Source of the DNA: Antedon mediterranea
Lineage: Eukaryota; Animalia; Echinodermata
Direction of reading: 5' to 3'
DNA: 64,000 nt
Assembly: GCF_964355755.1 (NCBI RefSeq)
Contig: NC_092674.1
Span: 16,244,001 to 16,308,000 of the forward strand
Part shown: positions 54,501-64,000 of the stretch, in pieces
Numbering within the stretch: position 1 is the stretch's first letter
Layout: each line of letters opens with the position of its first letter
Program-made: the position numbers and the translations under genes
Notes under the pieces: generated by a model
Database searches by the model: none
Seen by the model: only the letters and a program-made list of their open reading frames with translations
Told to the model about the DNA's origin: nothing

Positions 54501-57500
54501 AGAGTGCGCATCAATATTTCACGTATTCAAATTTCTTCTACACGCTAATACGTTGTTGCTGAGATAATTTCCTTTCGGAATTGCTACCTTCGCGTTTCAT
54601 TTTAAAACCGTCAACATGTTAAAAATTGCAATAAATAGCGGGTCCCGTAATTTCACCTATTCTACACTGTATGTGATATGGATACAGATACTGTGTATAC
54701 TATATATGAATTTAAATAATAAAATTCAGCATTAACAACATATCATATTCTTCAGTTCAGGTCATAATGCCAACGTGAACACTTCCTTTTGTCCTCAACC
54801 TATCCTCTTAATGTTTATGTTGCACCACTTGCGCGGCGGATAACCAAACTCGTCAAATTGACGAGTTACATGTCTAGTTTCTCTTCTTTCTTTCTGTATG
54901 ATTTTTGTGGAACGCTTTTCTCGAAAACTTGCAAACATAACATTTTGTAACTTTCTCAACATATCGTCATGCACATGAAGATGTGCAGCGAAGCTTTTCA
55001 TGATATTTACAATTGCGCAACGTGACCTACGCGCGATTTAACGATTTTGTCGTATTTAACATAGCTCGACAACCAAATAACATTTCAACTTGAAACTTTG
55101 CAAAAGTTTAATTTATATCATGCGCTAACTTTCTGTTGAAAAAAAATTGCGTGTTTTACACAAAGTTACGCGCGCACGCGCATATAAAATTTCAAAATGC
55201 GCAAAATTAATTTATAATCAACTTTCTACGCGTTTCATGTCGTTTTAAGCATGTCAAAAATTCCCACGCGTGCGCACATTTTTACGTGTGCGGTGCGCAC
55301 GTAGCATTGAAAACGTATTTTTTTCGCGTGATTTATGTTGTTCCAGCTTTTTCAAGTAATTTTACCAAATTTTAAACAATTTCGACTTAAAGATACGTCA
55401 TACGAGCACGTCGAATTGGACAATTGGCGCGCGTTTTTTATGAAAAGGTTAAAAAATTCGTTTAAAATATGCCTTTTTTTAAACAGTCGTAATTTCTAAA
55501 CTAGACGGTCAACTTTTTGTGGATGGCATATTCTGGAAGTAGATGAGTTGTAGATATCGAATCAGGTAGTAATATGGCTAACTGGACATTGTGACGTTAT
55601 CGTATGGCCACACGAATATAAAATTTAGGATTTTTGTATCTTTCGTCATAGCTCATCAGATTGAATAGAGCGCATCTCCACTTATCCGTTTTCCATTTTC
55701 ACCCCGATTTTGATATTGTCTAGGTCAATCAAGTATCTTTCGCATGAGTTAAAAATATTTTAATTTTTTTGACGTCATCATGCCTAAAAATTTAAATCAC
55801 GTGTGGCATTAATTTCATCTTTACAGTAAATTTTAATCTGTTATAGCTCGTAAGAATAAAATGTGATAATCACGATTAAAACTTTTTCTGGAAGCTATTG
55901 GATTGTAGATACGAAATTATGTAAAAATGTTGCCAATCGGATGTTGTGACGTCATCATATGGCTAGTTAAACAAAAAAGGTCGTATTTTCATCTTTTGCG
56001 TCATAATTCATTACATTTAAAAGAGTGCGCATCAATATTTCACGTATTCAAATTTCTTCTACACGCTAATACGTTGTTGCTGAGATAATTTCCTTTCGGA
56101 ATTGCTACCTTCGCGTTTCATTTTAAAACCGTCAACATGTTATAAATTGCAATAAATAGCGGGTCCCGTAATTTCACCTATTCTACACTGTATGTGTGAT
56201 ATGGATACAGATTATACTGTGTATACTATATATGAATTTAAATAATAAAATTCAGCAATAACAACATATCATATTCTTCAGTTCAGGTCATAATGCCAAC
56301 GTGAACACTTCCTTTTGTCCTCAACCTATCCCCTTAATGTTAATGTTGCACCACTTGCGCGGCGGATAACCAAACTCGTCAAAGTGACGAGTTACATGTC
56401 TAGTCATCTTTTTATTTTTGGTTATCCGCAACGAAGTTGCAGGATAACCTCTTGTGATTGTACGAAATCATCATCATCATTGGTTATCCGCAACGAAGTT
56501 GCAGGATAACCTCTTGTGATTGTACGAAATCATCATCATCTTTTTCTTAATCTTCTTTCTTTCTGTATGATTTTTGTGTAACGCTTTTCTCTAAAACTTG
56601 CAAACATAACATTTTGTTAACCATGTTAACATTTTGACATTTATGTAACGTCGTCAAGCGAAGCTTTTCATGATGTTTACAATTGCGCAACGTGACGTAC
56701 GCGCGATTTAACGATTTTCTCGTATTTAACATATGTCGAAAACCAAATAACATTTTAAAGTGAAACTTTGCAAAAGTTTAATTTATATCATGCGCTAACT
56801 TTCTGTTGAAAAAAAATTGCGTGTTTTACACAAAGTTACGCGCGCACGCGCATTTAAAATTTCAAAATGCGCAAAATTAATTTATAATCAACTTTCTACG
56901 CGTTTCATGTCGTTTTAAGCATGTCAAAAATTCCCACGCGTGCGCACATTTCTACGTGTGCGGTGCGCACGTAGCATTGAAAACGTATTTTTTTCGCGTG
57001 ATTTATGTTTTTCCAGCCTTTTCTAGTAATTTTACCAAATTTTAAACAATTTCGACTTAAAGATACGTCATACGAGCACGTCAAATTGGACAATTTGCGC
57101 GCGTTTTTTATGAAAAGGTTAAAAAATTCGTTTAAAATATGCCTTTTTTTAAACAGTCGTAATTTCTAAACTAGACGGTCAAATTTTTGTGGATGACATA
57201 TTCTGGAAGTAGATGAGTTTTAGATATCGGATCAGGTATTAATATGGCTAACCGGACATTGTGACGTCATCGTATGGCCACGCGAATATAAAATTTAGGA
57301 TTTTTGTATCTTTCGTCATAGCTCATCACATTGAATAGAGCGCATCTCCACTTATCCGTTTTCCATTTTCACCCCGATTTTGATATTGTCTAGGTCAATC
57401 AACTATCTTTTGCATGAGTTAAAAATATTTTAATTTTTTTGACGTCATCATGCCTAAAAATTTAAATCACGTATGGCATCAATTTCATCTTTACAGTAAA

Positions 57501-60500
57501 TTTTAATCTGTTACAGCTCGTAAGAATAAAGTGTGATAATCACGATTAAAACTTTTTCTGGAAGCTATTGGATTGTAGATACGAAATTATGTAAAAATGT
57601 TGCCAATCGGATGTTGTGACGTCATCATATGGCCAGTTAAATAAAAAAGGTCGTATTTTCATCTTTTGCGTCATAATTCATTACATTTAAACGAGCGCGC
57701 ATCAATATTTCACGTATTCAAATTTCTTCTACACGCTAATACGTTGTTGCTGAGATAATTTCCTTTCGGAATTGCTACCTTCGCGTTTAATTTTAAAACC
57801 GTCAACATGTTAAAAATTGCAATAAATGGCGGGTCCCGTAATTTCACCTATTCTATGTATGTCACTGTATGTGATATGGATACAGATTATACTGTGTATA
57901 CTATATATGAATTTAAATAATAAAATTCAGCAATAACAACAGATCATATTCTTCAGTTCAGGTCATAATGCCAACGTGAACACTTCCTTTTGTCCTCAAC
58001 CTATCCCCTTAATGTTAATGTTGCACCACTTGCGCGGCGGATAACCAAACTCGTCAAAGTGACGAGTTACATGTCTAGTCATCTTTTTCTTAATCTTCTT
58101 TCTTTCTGTATGATTTTTGTGTAACGCTTTTCTCTAAAACTTGCAAACATAACATTTTGTTAACTATGTTAACATTTTGACATTTATGTAACGTCGTCAA
58201 GCGAAGCTTTTCATGATGTTTACAATCGCGCAACGTGACGTACGCGCGATTTAACGATTTTCTCGTATTTAACATATGTCGAAAACCAAATAACATTTTA
58301 AAGTGAAACTTTGCAAAAGTTTAATTTATATCATGCGCTAACCTTCTGTTGAAAAAAAATTGCGTGTTTTACACAAAGTTACGCGCGCACGCGCATTTAA
58401 AATTTTAAAATGCGCAAAATTAATTTCTAATCAACTTTCTACGCGTTTCATGTCGGTTTAAGCATGTCAAAAATTCCCACGCATGCGCACATTTTTACGT
58501 GTGCGGAGCACACGTAGCATTGAAAACGTATTTTTTTCGCGTGATTTATGTTTTTTCAGCCTTTTCTAGTAATTTTACCAAATTTTAAACAATTTTGACT
58601 TAAAGATACGTCATACGAGCACGTCGAATTGGCCAATTTGCGCGCGTTTTTTATGAAAAGGTTAAAAAATTCGTTTAAAATATGACTTTTTTTAAACAGT
58701 CGTAATTTCTAAACTAGACGGTCAAATTTTTGTGGATGACATTTTCTAGAAGTAGATGAGTTGTAGATATCGGATCAGGTATTAATATGGCTAACCGGAC
58801 ATTGTGACGTCATCGTATGGCCACGCGAATATAAAATTTAGGATTTTTGTATCTTTCGTCATAGCTCATCACATTGAATAGAGCGCATCTCCACTTATCC
58901 GTTTTTCATTTTCACCCCGATTTTGATATTGTCTAGGTCAATCAACTATCTTTCGCATAAGTTAAAAATATTATAATTTTTTTGACGTCATCATGCCTAA
59001 AAATTTAAATCACGTGTGGCATCAATTTCATCTTTACAGTAAATTTTAATCTGTTATAGCTCGTAAGAATAAAATTTGATAATCACGATTAAAACTTTTT
59101 CTGGAAGCTATTGGATTGTAGATACGAAATTATGTAAAAATGTTGCCAATCGGATGTTGTGACGTCATCATATGGCCAGTTAAATAAAAAAGGTCGTATT
59201 TTCATCTTTTGCGTCATAATTCATTACATTTAAAAGAGCGCGCATCAATATTTCACGTATTCAAATTTCTTCTACACGCTAATACGTTGTTGCTGAGATA
59301 ATTTCCTTTCGGAATTGCTACCTTCCCGTTTCATTTTAAAACCGTCAACATGTTAAAAATTGCAATAAATAGCGGGTCCCGTAAGTTCACATATTCTACA
59401 CTGTATGTGATATGGATACAGATTATACTGTGTATACTACAGTATATATGAATTTAAACAATAAATTTCAGCAATAACAACATATCATATTCTTCAGTTC
59501 AGGTCATAATGCCAACGTGAACACTTCCTTTTGTCCTCAACCTATCCCCTTAATGTTAATGTTGCACCACTTGCGCGGCGGATAACCAAACTCGTCAAAG
59601 TGACGAGTTACATGTCTAGTTATTCTTCTTTCTGTACACTTTTTGTTCGTCAAATATCTCAAAAAGTTGAATAGCAATGATCACAAAAATTTTACAATGT
59701 CTTTCAAATACTTTAACTTAGCCATAATAAGCTTTTCAGCGTGATCACTGACCCGTGACGTCACGTATACGCGATTTTGTGAAATCACATTATCAATCAT
59801 ATATCCATAATTCATTATCACATATTTATGAAATTCACTACACGTAAACTTCAGGTCAAGGTAAAAATATTAGCAAATAAAAACGCATGCGCACGTATAG
59901 ACATGCGCGTGAAATCGCGCGTTAAAAATTTAAAAGGCTCAAAATTAAGTTTTGATCAATTTAGAGCATGAATTAGGCCATTTGCGTGTTTCAAAAAATT
60001 ACTGCGCAAAAACACGTTTTTGCGCGCGCGATACTTAAAAAGCGTAAAAATACGATTTTTTTGTAGAAATCGCATTCTACTCACCATCCTTAGTACATTC
60101 ACCAAATTTGAGTCAGTTCCGACTTAAAATAACGCTATACGAGCACGTTAAAAATGACAAAATGCGCACATTTATTTCACAAAAGTTCTGAAAATGGTGA
60201 AAAATATGTCTTTTTTAAAATGAAAATAACTCTTCAGAATGCACGATGACACCTAAGTTTTTTAACTTATTCGTGAAGCCATTGAGTTGTAGATATAAAT
60301 GTATATACACATTAGACGTAAAAAATGGTATTACGTCATCAAATGGCCACTTGAATTTAACAATTAGGATTTTTTTCCGTTTTGTTTAGGTTATCACATT
60401 CAATAGAGCGCATCTCCGCTATTTGACCTCGATTTTCGCACAAATTTCAGTGTGTGCTTGCTTAATTATTTATCTTTCTCATAAGTTGTCAGTGTTGTCA

Positions 60501-61621
60501 TTTTGATGACGTCATCACGCGTAAAAACTTGAATAACGTAGGTCGTGTAATTTCACCTTCGCCGTAAATTTGAATATCTTACAGCTTTTCAGAATTGAAG
60601 GTTACCTTGACGATTATAATTTATTATGAAAGCTGATGAAATGTAGATATGAATTCATATAAAAACCAAGCGTATCAGATGTTGTGACGTTAACATATGG
60701 CCAGATGAAGTTAAAAAGTAGTTTTTTCATCTTTTTCGTCAAAGTTATACAAATTTCAAAGAGCGCGCACAGCGCTTCTACGTGCCAGATTCTCTTCCAA
60801 TTCTTATATTTATTTGCTCAATTTATTATCTTTCGAAATTGTCATCTTTGAGTTTATTTTGATAATTCCATCATACCAAAAAATTAGAACATGATGTGTG
60901 TCCCGTAATTTCACCTATGCTACACTGTGTATAGATATACAGTATATACTGTACATATTGTATATGGCATATAATAGGCACAACTCAGCGATATAAGATT
61001 ATGCATCATGTCATAGGATGGCGTACATCAACTTTTTACGATCGTATGTTAACGTACATGCATGTTTAAAAAATGTTAATTTCATTAAAATGATAACAAT
61101 GATCACCTATAATTCGTCAAAGTGACGAATTAAATTCTAGTATTTATATTGTGATATTTAAAATAAAAATTTATTTTGAAATATTATTATTTAAAAAAAT
61201 AAAGTTCATTCATGGTGGATGAGAAAAAAACTATTAATTACTAAATTATAAATTACATTATTACTCTATTAGTGATGTCAAAATATGTTATGTTAAAATA
61301 AATGTGGTAAATATAATTATTTTAACAATTTGCAAAGTATAAGTAAATTGCTATATATCCAATCTGTTTTTACATTATTTTGTTGAAATGTCTACATATA
61401 TATATATTGTGATATTGATTTTAAATTATTATGTATTATTAAAAAAATTAAGTTCAAACTATTGATTTTTAAAGTTATTTATTACAAGATCACAAATTGT
61501 GAAATTATATAATAATATTAATCCATTATCATTGCTTAACCAACAATGTAAAACAATTTGTAATTTAATTCTAAATTAAACCAAATTGGTAAAACTAAGC
61601 AAACATAAGCAATACACTTAC

Positions 61622-61693
61622 AGTGTTTCCAATGCTGTCAAACCAGCAAATACATTGGCTTGTAATGTACTTATTTGGTTACTGTACAAATCC
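61622..61693 (-). CDS. LGR single-LRR exon (72 bp): DLYSNQISTLQANVFAGLTALETL
   Basis: AG/GTAAGT boundaries, phase 2-2. Confidence 0.88.
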
Positions 61694-62456
61694 CTTAAAA
61701 GTAAAAAGAATGCACAGTATGAGTAAATCACAATATCCAAGCTGTTTTAAAATTATTTTAGTTTTTCTGTCACCTCAAATGTTGAAATGTCTACATTCCT
61801 GTACATTATACAGTAGTTATACTGCATGTACTCTATTGTATGTACTTTAGTTATGTCAAAATATATTATGTTAAAATAAAAATGTGGTAAATATATTTAA
61901 ATTCACATTTTTTAATTGTTTTACAACAATAAATAATTCAATCATGGTAGATAAATTATAAAAAATGTTGATTTTAAAATTCTTTTTACTGTAAATAATT
62001 AAATTATGGAATCATAATGTACACATTAGTCCATTATTACAATTGAACCTACAACCTACAATGCATGCATTGTATTGTATCAATATTTTATGGAAAAATA
62101 TACAATATATAGGTAAATTTTAATAGTTTTTATTCTCATAAGACAAAATTATTACATAAATAAATATTATTTATTTAGTAACATTCATTATAATGATATT
62201 TATATTGCAAATATTTAAAATCAAAGATAAATTTTGAATTATTATATATTACAGAAAAAATAAAGTTCATTCATGGTGGATGAACTATGAGACTAGTGAT
62301 TTTTAAAGATATTTTTATAAGATCACAAATTGTGAAATTATGTAAACATTTTAATCCATTATCATTGTTTAACCAACAAAGTAAAATAATTTTATATTTA
62401 ATTTCTATATTTAAACCAAATTGGTAAAAGTAAGCAAACATAAGCAATACACTTAC

Positions 62457-62528
62457 AGTGTTTCCAATGCTGTCAAACCAGCAAATGCATTGGCTTGTAA
62501 TGTACTTATTTGGTTATACCTCAAATTC
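62457..62528 (-). CDS. LGR single-LRR exon (72 bp): NLRYNQISTLQANAFAGLTALETL
   Basis: AG/GTAAGT boundaries, phase 2-2. Confidence 0.88.
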
Positions 62529-63652
62529 CTTAAAAGTAAAAAGAATGCACAGTATAAGTAAATCACAATATCCAAGCTGTTTTTAAATTATTTTAGTTTT
62601 TCTGTCACCTCAAATGTTGAAATGTCTACATTCCTGTACATTATTACTCTATTAGTGATGTCAAAATATGTTATGTTAAAATAAATATGGTAAATATAAT
62701 TATAAAAATAAAAAATGATAGAATATATTCTATTATTAATGTCTAATTGTATTTCTAAATTAAAACCAAATAAATAAACTGATTGAAACAACATAAAATT
62801 ACTCTAAACCATCAGCTGTAGTTCAACATTAACAACTGCACCCCCCCCCCCCCCCCCCCCCCCCCCTCTGGTCACTATTATCATGGACCTTTAAATTAGC
62901 ATGAATCTATATAAATTCTTTCTTTCTTTGGTTGCAGAATATTTGTTGTATCAATAAACTTATGTTAAACCGATTCAATTTCAATTATTATCTTACAAAA
63001 ATAAATAATTCAATCATGGTGGATACATTTTAAAAATGTTGATTTTAAAATAATTCTTTTTGCTATACATACAAATATAAAATATATATTTATATTTTAA
63101 TAATTTTTTTCTCATAAGACAAAATTAATACATAAACAAATACTAATTATTTAGTAACATTTGTTATAATAATATTTATATTGTGATATTTAAATTAAAA
63201 TTTATTTTGAAATATTATTATTAAAAAAAATAAAGTTCATTCATGGTGGATGAGAAAAAAACTATTAATTACTAAATTATAAATTACATTATTACTCTAT
63301 TAGTGATGTCAAAATATGTTATGTTAAAATAAATGTGGTAAATATAATTATTTTAACAATTTGCAAAGTATAAGTAAATTGCTATATATCCAATCTGTTT
63401 TTACATTATTTTGTTGAAATGTCTACATATATATATATTGTGATATTGATTTTAAATTATTATGTATTATTAAAAAAATTAAGTTCAAACTATTGATTTT
63501 TAAAGTTATTTATTACAAGATCACAAATTGTGAAATTATATAATAATATTAATCCATTATCATTGCTTAACCAACAATGTAAAACAATTTGTAATTTAAT
63601 TCTAAATTTAACCAAATTGGTAAAACTAAGCAAACATAAGCAATACACTTAC

Positions 63653-63724
63653 AGTGTTTCCAATGCTGTCAAACCAGCAAATACATTGGCTTGTAATGTA
63701 CTTATTTGGTTACCGTACAAATAC
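63653..63724 (-). CDS. LGR single-LRR exon (72 bp): YLYGNQISTLQANVFAGLTALETL
   Basis: AG/GTAAGT boundaries, phase 2-2. The gene's 5' part lies beyond the window end. Confidence 0.88.
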
Positions 63725-64000
63725 CTTAAAAGTAAAAAGAATGCACAGTATAAGTAAATCACAATATCCAAGCTGTTTTAAAATTATTTTAGTTTTTCTG
63801 TCACCTCAAATGTTGAAATGTCTACATTCCTGTACATTATACAGTAGTTATACTGCATGTACTCTATTGTATGTACTTTAGTGATGTCAAAATATATTAT
63901 GTTAAAATAAAAATGTGGTAAATATATTTAAATTCACATTTTTGAATTGTTTTACGACAATAAATAATTCAATCATAGTAGATAAATAAAAAAAAATGTT

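Larger units (their letters stand above)
36949..61140 (+). mobile_element. 24.2-kb nested stack of 15 ~1.55-kb non-coding Helitron/Helentron-like elements (10 family-A bodies, 2 family B, 3 family C) plus 4 orphan heads
   Basis: Elements start TT + hairpin and end subterminal IR + hairpin (ctcgtcaaagtgacgag) + CTAG. CTAG ends lie at 38569, 42170, 42176, 43701, 45238, 46833, 48364, 49949, 51488, 53356, 54877, 56403, 58078, 59619 and 61140. No TSD. The empty A|T site is visible in the paralogous intron at 63172/63173. Confidence 0.9.
61141..64000. repeat. ~2.03-kb tandem segmental duplication, each unit carrying two LRR exons (continues on the left of the stack, ~35700-36948)
   Basis: 61141-61970 matches 63173-64000, and 36317-36948 matches 62529-63172. 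Exon spacing alternates 835 / ~1190 bp; 61622 to 63653 = 2031 bp. Confidence 0.93.

Noticed and set aside
37003-58296. Recurrent 60-79-aa ORFs (MSNSTCSYDV..., MLFGFRHMLN...) as a gene family
   Set aside because: They recur only because the element recurs. They are broken by stops in several copies and show no domain motifs.
36949-61140. Simple satellite or rolling-circle head-to-tail concatemer
   Set aside because: Three families are interleaved, and most bodies lack adjacent heads that are found upstream in reverse order. This fits nesting, not tandem amplification.
61623-63881. Plus-strand 75-aa ORFs and minus-strand 68-aa ORFs in the duplication units
   Set aside because: AT-rich intron or antisense frames. 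The real coding signal is the 72-bp minus-strand LRR exons.

Overview
AT-rich, intron-containing animal genomic DNA (invertebrate-like, by inference); it is not prokaryotic. It holds two convergent gene models. The first is a SAT2/SSAT-like GNAT acetyltransferase (+, four exons, 24320-26895) with two in-frame TAA codons. The second is the 3' part of an LRR-containing rhodopsin-class GPCR of the RXFP/GRL101 (LGR type C) kind (-). It has a large hinge+7TM exon (28957-29980) and at least nine single-LRR, phase-2/2 exons running to the window edge. The most recent LRR exons sit in a near-identical ~2.03-kb tandem duplication, and they differ almost only at concave-face (ligand-contact) codons. One intron is inflated from ~1.1 kb to ~25 kb by a 24.2-kb 'Russian-doll' stack (36949-61140) of ~1.55-kb non-coding Helitron/Helentron-like elements from three families. 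These inserted repeatedly into each other's 5' microsatellite/T-tract, so heads and bodies can be re-paired base by base in last-in-first-out order. The left 24 kb is a patchwork of mobile and repetitive DNA: a mini Gypsy LTR element with a MITE in one LTR, TTAA-site MITEs, a Penelope-type minimal hammerhead ribozyme, tRNA-like repeats, smaller HINE-like elements and minisatellites.
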